A stretch of 58,601 bases of DNA from an uncultured Chloroflexota bacterium (GCA_903928275.1 CAIYQJ010000155.1:1-58601), one strand, 5' to 3'. Numbered from the stretch's first letter, positions 46,581 to 55,271 are shown. Notes: generated by a model not told the origin, from the letters alone. A program made the numbers and translations.

Positions 46581-48548
46581 ATGAGGCGTCCGCGCTGGAT
46601 CGCCGGTCCATGGTCCGCCGTCCTGGTCGCGGGCTGCATCGCTCTCGTGGCGGCCATCCCGTCGAGCCCGGTGGTCGCGGCGTCGCGCATCGCCCCGGCC
46701 GCCGCCGCGACGTCTGCGGCGCCGGTCGCGCCCCCGACGTCGGAGGCGCCGTGCCCGGACAGCGCGTTCACGTGCGTGACCCTCCAGGTCCCGCGCGACC
46801 ACTTCGTCTCCTCGGGCGAGCAGCCGTCCTGGTCCGTCACGTTCGCGATCCACCGCGCCACGGAGGCCCGTCTCGGCGTCTGGGTCACCTCGACCGGCGG
46901 GCCCGGCTCGGCGGGGATCCTCTCGGCGGACGACTACATGTCCACGATGGACCCGTCGATCGTCGCGAACTACGACCTCGTCTTCTTCGACCAGCGCGGC
47001 ACCGGGTCGTCCCACGGCATCACGTGCCCCACCGCCGCATCCGCGTACTTCCTGGACCCGGCCGACGCGCGCGACCCAGCGCAGGCCGTCGCCGCCATGG
47101 ACGCGGCGAAGACGTTCGCGGGCGGCTGCGTCGCCGAATCCGGCGTCGACGTCGCCGACCTGCCGTACTTCGCGACGTCCCAGGCCGTGGAGGACCTCGA
47201 CGCGTTCCGCCGCTACCTGGGCGTCGAGGCCCTCGACCTGTACGGGGAGAGCTACGGCACGCAGCTCGTGCAGACCTACGCGCTCGCGCATCCCGACCAC
47301 GTCCGCTCGCTCATCCTCGACGGGCCGGTCGACCTGAGCCTGACGATCAGCGACATGTTCATCGAGGCGGTCGGATCGTTCGACACGACGCTGCGCAAGA
47401 CGCTCGCGGCCTGCACGGCGGATCCGGCCTGCCGGGCGGATGTCGTCGGCGGCGACGCCATGCGCGCGTACACGGCGCTCGCGGACCGGCTCTCGACCGG
47501 CGTCCTGGACGTCCCGTTCCACCTGGGGTCCGGGAAGGCCACCGGACGTCCGTTCGGCGCCACGAGCCTGGAGTCCGTGGCGCTCAACCAGGTCTACGGG
47601 CGGTGGGGCCGGATGGAGCTCCAGCGTGCGGTGGCCGCCGCCTCGCGCGGCAACCTCGACCCTTCCCTCCGCCTGCTGTACTCCGACATGGGGGTGAGCC
47701 CGGAGACGCTGGCGACCACACCGGACCCGTCGTGGTCGGACGCCGCGTACTACGCCATCGAGTGCACCGACTACGCCTACTTCGACGGGACGCCGGACCA
47801 GCGAGCCGCCGCGTACCTCGCCGCCGGGATGGCCGGGGGCGTGGGGACGTCCATGCTCGGGCGCGCCTACACGGACGACCTGCCGTGCGCGTACTGGCCG
47901 GCGCGGGCACCCTCGACCGTCCGGCCGGCGGCCATCACGACCCACGCGTACCCGCTGCTCGTGCTCGTGGCCGACACGGACCCGATCACCTCGTACACCG
48001 GCGCGGTGCGGATCGCGGATCGGGCGCCGGGGGCGCGCCTCGTCGTCCAGCAGGGCGGCCCGCACGTCATCTACGGACGCGGCGTCCCGTGCGTGGACGA
48101 CGTGGTCACCGGCCTCCTCGTCCGCGGCGACCTGCCACCGACGGTTCCCACCCTCTGTCGCGGCGAGATCGCCGACCCGTACCTGCCGCTCCCGCCGGCG
48201 ACCGTGAAGGCCGCACGCGACCCCCTGGCGTTCGCGACGTCGGTGGACGACTGGATCGCCACCCTGCCCGCGTACGAGTCCTGGTCGGGCGGCGCGGTCC
48301 GGGCGGGCTGCGACGGCGGCGGTCGCCTCACTTTCGTCGACCGTCACGACAGCACGGTCCTGTCGATGACGGACTGCGCGCTGACGCCGGGCCTCCCGAT
48401 CGCGGCAAGCGGCACGATCGACGGGTCGGGCGTCATGCGCCTGCGGATCCGGACGTCACTCGGCGACCTGCTGTACGTCCGCGACGCCGAGGGCGCGCGA
48501 CGGGTCACCGGCACGTGGCGCGGGACGACGGTCGACGCCCGCGGCTGA
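46581..48548 (+). CDS. Secreted alpha/beta hydrolase (S33 tripeptidyl-aminopeptidase-like)
   Basis: It has a signal-like N-terminus, GGPGSAG, DQRGTGSS, and the nucleophile elbow GESYGT. ATG 46581 follows GGAAGG. Confidence 0.75.
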   Translation: MRRPRWIAGPWSAVLVAGCIALVAAIPSSPVVAASRIAPAAAATSAAPVAPPTSEAPCPDSAFTCVTLQVPRDHFVSSGEQPSWSVTFAIHRATEARLGVWVTSTGGPGSAGILSADDYMSTMDPSIVANYDLVFFDQRGTGSSHGITCPTAASAYFLDPADARDPAQAVAAMDAAKTFAGGCVAESGVDVADLPYFATSQAVEDLDAFRRYLGVEALDLYGESYGTQLVQTYALAHPDHVRSLILDGPVDLSLTISDMFIEAVGSFDTTLRKTLAACTADPACRADVVGGDAMRAYTALADRLSTGVLDVPFHLGSGKATGRPFGATSLESVALNQVYGRWGRMELQRAVAAASRGNLDPSLRLLYSDMGVSPETLATTPDPSWSDAAYYAIECTDYAYFDGTPDQRAAAYLAAGMAGGVGTSMLGRAYTDDLPCAYWPARAPSTVRPAAITTHAYPLLVLVADTDPITSYTGAVRIADRAPGARLVVQQGGPHVIYGRGVPCVDDVVTGLLVRGDLPPTVPTLCRGEIADPYLPLPPATVKAARDPLAFATSVDDWIATLPAYESWSGGAVRAGCDGGGRLTFVDRHDSTVLSMTDCALTPGLPIAASGTIDGSGVMRLRIRTSLGDLLYVRDAEGARRVTGTWRGTTVDARG

Positions 48549-48578
48549 CGCCCGCGGCTGACGCCCGCGGCTGACGCC
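48535..48578. repeat. 13-bp perfect tandem repeat ACGCCCGCGGCTG x3.4 spanning the hydrolase stop codon
   Basis: Exact copies lie at 48535-48547, 48548-48560 and 48561-48573, plus a partial fourth copy. Each junction creates a TGA, and the three TGAs fall in the three different frames. Confidence 0.9.
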
Positions 48579-48671
48579 GGGCGGACCGCAGCGGAGTCGT
48601 CGGCGGGCGCGCGGGGCCGACCGACCGGCACCGCCGCACGACCCGCGCCACGGTGAGGCCCGGATGCTAGG

Positions 48672-49145
48672 ATGCCTGCCGTGAACGCGATCGGGCAGGC
48701 ATGGACGCAGCTGATGGACCTCCTGGCGAAGGTCATCTCGCCGGACTGGGGCGCGCTCGTCAACCTCCTCCCGGTCTTCCTCGCGCCCCTCGTCGGGCTG
48801 TTCGTCTTCGTCGTCGTGGTCGCGTGGCTGGCGTACGGCGTGCGGAAGCCGCGGGCACGGATCCGCTACGCCTTCGGTCCGCGCCGCGCGGAGATCGGGC
48901 CGGACGGCACCGCGCTCTTCCCGGCCGGCTTCCCGTTCGACGCGGCGAAGGCCCTGGTCTACCCGGCCGGCGAGATCCGCGGCGACGACGGCGCGCCGCT
49001 GACCGTCACGTGCCCCATGTGTCACGTCGATCGCAGCGCGGAGATCTCAACCTGCGGTAGCTGCGGCCTCGTCCTCCGGATCCAGGCGCCCGCCCGGATC
49101 GTCGGGCCGGCCGGGCCCCCGCCGGGGGGCGCCGCGGTCGCCTGA
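48672..49145 (+). CDS. Hypothetical membrane protein with a CxxC...CxxC zinc-ribbon-like motif
   Basis: It has a TM segment (LLPVFLAPLVGLFVFVVVVAWLAY) and CPMCHVDRSAEISTCGSCG. It lies directly upstream of ccsA. Confidence 0.5.
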   Translation: MPAVNAIGQAWTQLMDLLAKVISPDWGALVNLLPVFLAPLVGLFVFVVVVAWLAYGVRKPRARIRYAFGPRRAEIGPDGTALFPAGFPFDAAKALVYPAGEIRGDDGAPLTVTCPMCHVDRSAEISTCGSCGLVLRIQAPARIVGPAGPPPGGAAVA

Positions 49146-49171
49146 CCGCGCGGCCCGCTCGCGTCCCCGCC

Positions 49172-50101
49172 ATGGCCACCGCCGCGTTCTACCTCTTCGT
49201 CGTCGGGACGATCCTCCTCGCGCTTTCGTTCGCCGCGCACGTGGCGCACGCGGTGCTGCTCGCGAACGGCCGCCGCGTCGCGGTCGCCATCGCGCAGCCG
49301 AATTTGGCGTTCGCGGGCGTCGTCACCGGGAGCTTCGCGGAGCGCGAGCTCGTCGCATCCGATCCCGCGGACGGCGATCGCAGCGCCATCGCGCCGATCG
49401 CCTGGGGGCTCTCCGCGGCGGCCGTCGGCGCGCTCGGAGCGTCGCTCCTGCTGCGTGGGCTCGTCGTGGGCCGGGGTCCGTGGGGCAACCTCTACGAGTT
49501 CACCGTGGCGTTCGCCTTCGGGATCTCGCTCGGATACGTGGTGCTCGCGAAGATGTACCCGGTGCGGGCGCTCGGCGCCATCCCGCTCGGCATCGCGCTC
49601 GCCCTCGCGCTCTACGCGTTCTCGCTGCCGTCGCAGGTCGAGCAGCTCGTCCCCGCGCTCCAGAACCCGCCGCTGCTCACGATCCACGTCGGGTTCGCGA
49701 TGATCGCGTACGGGATCTTCGCGATGAGCTTCGCGGCGGGAGTCGGCTACCTCGTGCAGGGCCGCGAGGACCGCTTCGCGTGGCTTCCGTCGCACCGGAC
49801 GCTCGACGAGGTCGCATACCGGGCGGTCATCGTCGGCTTCCCGATCTTCGCGACGATGATCGTCCTCGGCAGCTGGTGGGCCAGCATCGCGTGGAGCCGG
49901 TGGTGGGGCTGGGACCCCAAGGAGACGGCGGCGCTCGTGACCTGGCTCGTCTACGCGGTCTACCTGCACGCGCGCAACCAGCGCGGGTGGAGCGGGCGGC
50001 CGGCGGCGCTCATCCTCGTCGTCGGCTTCCTCATGGTGCTCGTCACGTACAGCGGCAACCTCTGGTTCAGCGGCCTGCACGCCTACTCGGGCCTGAACTA
50101 G
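49172..50101 (+). CDS. ccsA: Cytochrome c biogenesis protein CcsA/ResC (System II heme handling)
   Basis: It is a polytopic protein with the Trp-rich heme-handling motif WWASIAWSRWWGWDPKE and flanking conserved His residues. Confidence 0.85.
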   Translation: MATAAFYLFVVGTILLALSFAAHVAHAVLLANGRRVAVAIAQPNLAFAGVVTGSFAERELVASDPADGDRSAIAPIAWGLSAAAVGALGASLLLRGLVVGRGPWGNLYEFTVAFAFGISLGYVVLAKMYPVRALGAIPLGIALALALYAFSLPSQVEQLVPALQNPPLLTIHVGFAMIAYGIFAMSFAAGVGYLVQGREDRFAWLPSHRTLDEVAYRAVIVGFPIFATMIVLGSWWASIAWSRWWGWDPKETAALVTWLVYAVYLHARNQRGWSGRPAALILVVGFLMVLVTYSGNLWFSGLHAYSGLN

Positions 50102-50137
50102 GAAGCCCCGACCGCGGCGACCATCCGGCGTCGTGGA

Positions 50138-50198
50138 TCCCCGCGGCCGGGGCCGCGGACCCCACCAGCAGGGTCGCGCATCCCCGCGGCCGGGGCCG
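50138..50198. repeat. Two exact copies of the 19-bp ATCCCCGCGGCCGGGGCCG, 42 bp apart
   Basis: The copies are at 50138-50156 and 50180-50198. Each can form a small CCCCG/CGGGG hairpin. They lie downstream of ccsA. Confidence 0.8.
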
Positions 50199-50270
50199 GC
50201 AGGCCCCCCGCGACCCCCGGTCGAAGCGCCGATGCAGCGTCGTGCACCACGGGTCTGCATCCACGCATGA

Positions 50271-50318
50271 ATACAACATATGCGTATGCAGAGACCTTCG
50301 TACCACTACATCTTGTGT
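50271..50318. promoter_or_regulatory. NrdR operator: one good NrdR box plus a degenerate partner 32 bp upstream
   Basis: CCACTACATCTTGTGT (50303-50318) matches the published acaCwAtATaTwGtgt consensus at 13 of 16 positions by my alignment. ATACAACATATGCGTA (50271-50286) matches mainly in its left half. Both sit in the only AT-rich island upstream of nrdJ. Confidence 0.6.
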
Positions 50319-50370
50319 TTCGCGGATTGACGTGGCCCTTCCCCGGGCGTAGTGTTCTTCGGCCGGGATC

Positions 50371-50398
50371 GGCACCGCGCCCATCACGCAGCGGTGCC
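50371..50398 (+). other. Hairpin in the nrdJ 5' leader
   Basis: GGCACCGC and GCGGTGCC form a perfect 8-bp stem with a 12-nt loop. Its function is unknown. Confidence 0.3.
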
Positions 50399-50479
50399 GC
50401 CGGGGGTCACACGGGAGGGCGTGGGGCCCGGCTGCCGATCACGACGACCGGCACTGACGGACGGACGAGGAGGGCGGGC

Positions 50480-53400
50480 ATGGCCCGAGCGGCGAGCGAC
50501 GCGACGACTACCACACGCCGGGGCAAGGCTCCGCACGGCACCGGCGCGGCCGATCGCCCGGCGCCCGTCGCGACTGCCGACGAGGCGGCGCGCCGGGCCG
50601 GCGAGCTCGCCATCGCGGCGGAGCGCGCGGCGGCCGACGCGATGGCCGCCCTCCGGTTCACCGGCGAGGGCGTGCGCGGCCTCACGTTCCAGCGACGCTG
50701 GACCCGACCCGGCGTCCACCCCTACGACGAGGTGACCTGGGAGATCCGCACCGCCTCGATCGGGAGCGAGTCCGGGCGGATCGTCTTCGAGCAGCGCGAC
50801 GTCGAGGTCCCGTCGTTCTGGAGCCAGCTCGCGACGAACGTCGTCGTGAGCAAGTACTTCCGCGGTCACGTGGGGACGGCGGGACGCGAGACCAGCGTGA
50901 AGCAGCTCCTCGATCGCGTCGTGGACACGATCGCGGCGTGGGGGGAGACGCAGCACTACTTCGCTACCCCGGACGACCTCGCTACCTTCAAGGCCGAGCT
51001 CACGCACCTCCTCCTCCACCAGAAGATGAGCTTCAACTCGCCCGTCTGGTTCAACGTGGGGATCGAGACGCGGCCGCAGTGCTCTGCGTGCTTCATCAAC
51101 TCCGTGAAGGACTCCATGACGTCGATCATGGACCTCGCCAAGACGGAGGCCATGCTCTTCAAGTTCGGGTCGGGCGCGGGGTCCAACCTGTCGCCCATCC
51201 GCTCCTCGCGCGAGAAGATGTCCGGCGGCGGGACGGCCTCGGGCCCGGTCTCGTTCATGCGCGGCTACGACGCGTTCGCGGGCGTCGTGAAATCGGGCGG
51301 AAAGACCCGGCGCGCCGCCAAGATGGTCATCCTCGACGTGGGGCACCCTGACATCCTCGACTTCATCGACAGCAAGATGCTCGAGGAGCGGAAGGCCTGG
51401 GCGCTGATCGAGGAGGGCTACGACCCCTCCTTCACCGGCGAGGCGTACGGGTCGGTCGCCTTCCAGAACGCGAACCACTCCGTGCGCGTCACGGACGACT
51501 TCATGCGGGCCGTGGAGCAGGACCGCGACTGGACCACGCACGCGGTCGTGGACGGCGCCCCCATGGGGACCTACCGGGCCCGCGACATCTTCCGCCGGAT
51601 GGCGGATGCCGCGTGGCTCTGCGGCGACCCGGGGATCCAGTACGACACCACGATCAACGACTGGAACCCGGTCTCCGCCTCGGACCGCCAGTACGCCACG
51701 AACCCCTGTAGTGAGTTTTCCTTCCTGGACGACACCAGCTGCAACCTGGCGTCGCTGAACCTCATGAAGTTCGTGGGCGACGACGGCGAGCTCGACGTCG
51801 ACGCCTTCGGCTACGGCTGCCGCCTCACGATCACGGCCCAGGAGATCCTCGTCGACAACGCGAGCTACCCCACGGCGAAGATCGAGGAGAACAGCCACCG
51901 CTATCGGCCACTGGGCCTGGGCTACGCGAACCTCGGCGCACTCCTCATGAGCCGCGGCCTGGCCTACGACTCGCCGGACGGGCAGGCCTACGCGGCGGCG
52001 ATCACGTCGATCATGACCGCCGAGGCGTACCGCCAGAGCGCAGTCGTCGCGCGCGATCACGGCGGACCGTTCGTCGACTTCGAGAAGAACCGCGAGCCCT
52101 TCATGGCTGTGATCGACCGGCACCGCGCGGCGGCGCAGCGGATCCCTGCCCAGGGGGTCCCGGCGGACGTGGCCACCGCCGCCCGCTCCCTCTGGGACGA
52201 GACGTACGAGCTGGGTGCCCGCTACGGCTACCGCAACGCGCAGACCACGCTCCTGGCGCCCACGGGCTGCCTTGTCGGCGACAGCATGGTGCTCACGGAC
52301 CGCGGCCTCGTCCGGCTTCGTGGCCTGGGCAACCCCGACGGCGAGAAGTGGCAGACCGTTGACCTTCGGGTCGCGACCGATGACGGCCCCCGCGATGCGA
52401 CCCGGTTCTACGTCAACGGCGCCGAGCCCGTCGTCTCGGTCGAGACCTCCCGGGGCTACCGGATCCAGGGCACCACGACCCATCGGATCAGGGTGGTCGA
52501 CGCGAACGGCGACTGGCGGTGGCGCCGCTTCGCCGACCTTCGCGCCGGCGACCGAGTGCCCATGATGCTCGGCGGGATGGTCGGTGAACCGCGCGAGGTC
52601 CCGCTCCCGCCGCTCCCCGAGGCGTACTGGACCTCGGACCACCGGACCATGGTCCCGCGCTACCTGACGGCGGATCTCGCGGAGCTGGTCGGCTACTTCA
52701 TGGGCGATGGTTCGCTCCACGCCCGTGGCCCTCGCTTCTGCGTCACAGCGGGAGACGACGACGTCGTCGACCGGATCGTGGACCTCGGCCGCCGGCTCTT
52801 CGGCCTTGAGGCCACGGTCACCCCGAAGGCGGGCTACGCGGAGGTCGCCCTTCAGTCGGTCCGCCTGACCCTGTGGTGGGAGGCATGCGGCTTCGCCAAG
52901 CACGCCCCGCACGGAGAGCACCGCAGCAAGGGCTACGAGGCGCACATCCCGGACGCGGTCCTCTACTCGAATGACCCGGCCATCTACCGGGCTTTCGTCC
53001 GCGGGCTCTTCGAGGCCGACGGCAACGTGAGCAACGGGTACGCGTCGTGGTCCACGGTGTCGGACCGCTTCAGCCGGGACGTCCAGACGCTCCTGCTGGC
53101 CCTCGGGTTCGTGACGACCCGCAAGATCGACCGGCCGGGGCGGGGCCACAAGGGCGCCAATCCCATCAACGTGCTGCGGCTGCTCAACGCCAGCGCAGGC
53201 GGCCGGTTCCTGTCCGAGATCTCGTTCATGTCCGAGCGCAAGCGGACCGCCCTCGGGCTGGCCCACCACCCGCAGGCTGCACGCTACGACCTCGTGCCGG
53301 TCAGCCGTCGGACCGTCGACCGCCTCGCGCCCGACAACGATCACCTCCGGAAGACGATGCTCCTCTCGCTCTCGAGGACAGGGCTCGTCTCTCGGCGCTC

Positions 53401-54841
53401 GGCGGCCGCGCTCCTGGAGCGGACCTCCGATCTCGAGCTGGCCCAGTCGCTGGGCTACTTCTACGACGAGATCGCCTCGGCGACACTCGGCGCGGACCAG
53501 CTGACGTACGACCTGTCGGTCCCGGCGAACGTGACGTACGTGGCGAACGGCTTCGTGAGCCACAACACCATCGCGTTCATGATGGATTGCGACACGACGG
53601 GGATCGAGCCGGACATCGCCCTGATCAAGTACAAGAAGCTCGTCGGCGAGGGCTACCTCAAGATCGTGAACAACACGGTCCCCGGGGCCCTGCGGCACCT
53701 CGGGTACGCCCCGGCCGAGGTCGAGGAGATCGTCGCCTTCATCGACGAGCGCGAGACGATCGAGGGCGCGCCCGGCCTGCGGCCGGAGCACCTGACGGTC
53801 TTCGACTGCGCGTTCAAGCCGGTCAACGGCGTGCGCTCCATCCAGCCGATGGGTCACGTCCGGATGATGGCGGCGGTCCAGCCGTTCCTCTCGGGCGCCA
53901 TCAGCAAGACGGTGAACATGCCCGAGGCGGCCACCTCCCCGGAGATCGAGCAGGTCTACCTCGAGGGCTGGCGACTCGGCCTCAAGGCCATCGCCATCTA
54001 CCGCGACAACTCCAAGCGGAGCCAGCCGCTCTCCACGAGCCGGAAGAAGGACGCCGGCGCGGCCGAGCCGGAGGCGGTCACGGCACTGCGGACCCAGCTC
54101 GCGGTGGCCCAGGCGGAGGCGGTGAAGCCGCACCGGCGCCGGCTCCCGTCGGAGCGCGCGGCGGTCACGCACAAGTTCGAGATCGCCGGCCACGAGGGGT
54201 ACATCACCGTGGGGCTCTACCCGGAGGGCCAGCCGGGCGAGATCTTCCTGAAGATGGCGAAGGAGGGCTCCACCGTCAGCGGCCTCATGGACACGTTCGC
54301 CACCTCGGTGAGCCTCGCTCTCCAGTACGGCGTCCCGCTCCGGGACCTCGTGAACAAGTTCGCCCACGTCCGGTTCGAGCCGTCCGGCTTCACCGGCAAC
54401 AGCGAGATCCCGATCGCCAAGTCGATCGTGGACTACATCTTCCGGTGGCTCGGCGCGCGGTTCCTCCCCGCGGACGACCGGGCGGGGCTCGGCCTCCAGG
54501 GCGCCGCGGCGTCCTACGTCGCGGCGGCACCGGCCACCTTCGCGACCGCGCTGGTCGTGGGGGAGGGCGACTCAACGGGCGAAGACGTCGAGTCGGACGC
54601 CGGCGCGTTGTCGCGATCGAGGCTGGCGCTGCCGGTCCCGCAGGCTCCGGCGAGGCCGGGCGCCACCGTGCACGGGAACGGCAAGGGGAGCGGCACCCTC
54701 AGCGCATCGCTCGGCACCACGTCGGTCGCGTTCACCGTCCAGGAGGATGCCCCGTCCTGCGCCGAGTGCGGCTCGATCATGGTGCGCAACGGCAGCTGCT
54801 ACAAGTGCCTGAACTGCGGGAGCACGAGCGGCTGCAGCTGA
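50480..54841 (+). CDS. nrdJ: Adenosylcobalamin-dependent (class II) ribonucleotide reductase NrdJ, interrupted in-frame by an intein
   Basis: Segments are VHPYDEVTWE, SFNSPVWFNVG, CSACFI, FGSGAGSNLS and APTG/TIAFMMDCDTTGIEPD, with a C-terminal CAECG...CYKCLNCG zinc-ribbon tail. ATG 50480 is preceded by GAGGAGGG. Confidence 0.9.
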   Translation: MARAASDATTTTRRGKAPHGTGAADRPAPVATADEAARRAGELAIAAERAAADAMAALRFTGEGVRGLTFQRRWTRPGVHPYDEVTWEIRTASIGSESGRIVFEQRDVEVPSFWSQLATNVVVSKYFRGHVGTAGRETSVKQLLDRVVDTIAAWGETQHYFATPDDLATFKAELTHLLLHQKMSFNSPVWFNVGIETRPQCSACFINSVKDSMTSIMDLAKTEAMLFKFGSGAGSNLSPIRSSREKMSGGGTASGPVSFMRGYDAFAGVVKSGGKTRRAAKMVILDVGHPDILDFIDSKMLEERKAWALIEEGYDPSFTGEAYGSVAFQNANHSVRVTDDFMRAVEQDRDWTTHAVVDGAPMGTYRARDIFRRMADAAWLCGDPGIQYDTTINDWNPVSASDRQYATNPCSEFSFLDDTSCNLASLNLMKFVGDDGELDVDAFGYGCRLTITAQEILVDNASYPTAKIEENSHRYRPLGLGYANLGALLMSRGLAYDSPDGQAYAAAITSIMTAEAYRQSAVVARDHGGPFVDFEKNREPFMAVIDRHRAAAQRIPAQGVPADVATAARSLWDETYELGARYGYRNAQTTLLAPTGCLVGDSMVLTDRGLVRLRGLGNPDGEKWQTVDLRVATDDGPRDATRFYVNGAEPVVSVETSRGYRIQGTTTHRIRVVDANGDWRWRRFADLRAGDRVPMMLGGMVGEPREVPLPPLPEAYWTSDHRTMVPRYLTADLAELVGYFMGDGSLHARGPRFCVTAGDDDVVDRIVDLGRRLFGLEATVTPKAGYAEVALQSVRLTLWWEACGFAKHAPHGEHRSKGYEAHIPDAVLYSNDPAIYRAFVRGLFEADGNVSNGYASWSTVSDRFSRDVQTLLLALGFVTTRKIDRPGRGHKGANPINVLRLLNASAGGRFLSEISFMSERKRTALGLAHHPQAARYDLVPVSRRTVDRLAPDNDHLRKTMLLSLSRTGLVSRRSAAALLERTSDLELAQSLGYFYDEIASATLGADQLTYDLSVPANVTYVANGFVSHNTIAFMMDCDTTGIEPDIALIKYKKLVGEGYLKIVNNTVPGALRHLGYAPAEVEEIVAFIDERETIEGAPGLRPEHLTVFDCAFKPVNGVRSIQPMGHVRMMAAVQPFLSGAISKTVNMPEAATSPEIEQVYLEGWRLGLKAIAIYRDNSKRSQPLSTSRKKDAGAAEPEAVTALRTQLAVAQAEAVKPHRRRLPSERAAVTHKFEIAGHEGYITVGLYPEGQPGEIFLKMAKEGSTVSGLMDTFATSVSLALQYGVPLRDLVNKFAHVRFEPSGFTGNSEIPIAKSIVDYIFRWLGARFLPADDRAGLGLQGAAASYVAAAPATFATALVVGEGDSTGEDVESDAGALSRSRLALPVPQAPARPGATVHGNGKGSGTLSASLGTTSVAFTVQEDAPSCAECGSIMVRNGSCYKCLNCGSTSGCS
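52268..53566 (+). mobile_element. Full-length class 1 intein (433 aa) with a LAGLIDADG homing-endonuclease domain inside nrdJ
   Basis: It begins with Cys (CLVGDSMVLTDRG). It has a TxxH block (TTTHRIRV) and two LAGLIDADG motifs (LVGYFMGDGSL; FVRGLFEADGNV). It ends ...YVANGFVSHN, followed by the extein Thr. Confidence 0.9.
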
Positions 54842-54866
54842 GCCGGGCGGCCCGAAGAGTCCGCGC

Positions 54867-55265
54867 ATGAACCCGGACCAGCGGCGCCTTCTCGAGATGG
54901 CGCGACGCTCCTCCGAGACCGCCGAGCGGAGCGTCGCCGCGGGCGACACGGCCACGGCGGCGATCCGCGCCCACTACGCCATGGTGTACGCGGCGCTGGC
55001 CGCCCTCACGGGCGAGGCCGTGGGCGCGGCCGTGGACCCCGACGACCACGCGGCGGTCCACGCGGCCTTCCGCGCCCGGTTCGCGAAGACGCGGCGCCTG
55101 GATCCGCAGCTGCACCGCTGGCTCCTCGACGCGCACGAGCTTCGGCTGCTCGCGGAAGGCGACCCGCCGGGCGGCCTCGATGCGGGTGCCATCCGCGAGA
55201 CCCTCGACAGGGCCGACTCGATGATCCTCGCCATCCGGAGGTTCCTCGGACCGGGCGAGGGTTGA
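54867..55265 (+). CDS. HEPN-domain protein (UPF0332/COG1895-like), no adjacent nucleotidyltransferase partner
   Basis: It is 132 aa and all-helical. The pattern AIRAHYAMVYAALAAL...H.AV.AAF.ARFAKTRRLD..L.RWL.....LR..GD......D...I...L..A...I matches this HEPN subfamily. It starts 26 nt after nrdJ. Confidence 0.6.
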   Translation: MNPDQRRLLEMARRSSETAERSVAAGDTATAAIRAHYAMVYAALAALTGEAVGAAVDPDDHAAVHAAFRARFAKTRRLDPQLHRWLLDAHELRLLAEGDPPGGLDAGAIRETLDRADSMILAIRRFLGPGEG

Positions 55266-55271
55266 CGCCGC

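Noticed and set aside
50267-50479. N-terminal extension of nrdJ from the first in-frame ATG (MNTTYAYAETF...). Analogous longest-ORF starts occur at 12038, 12550, 15374, 20023, 25327, 28029, 30952, 31479, 34994, 43760 and 46446.
   Set aside because: The extensions run through regulatory AT-rich DNA or through upstream genes, have poor composition, and lack a ribosome binding site. Internal starts preceded by GGAGG-like sites, or forming ATGA/GTGA overlaps, coincide with the conserved N-termini.
50320-50480. Possible cobalamin riboswitch in the nrdJ leader
   Set aside because: I could not find a B12-box-like element or the conserved GGGAA / CCGGTG core. B12 riboswitches are expected to repress B12-independent RNRs, not the B12-dependent nrdJ.
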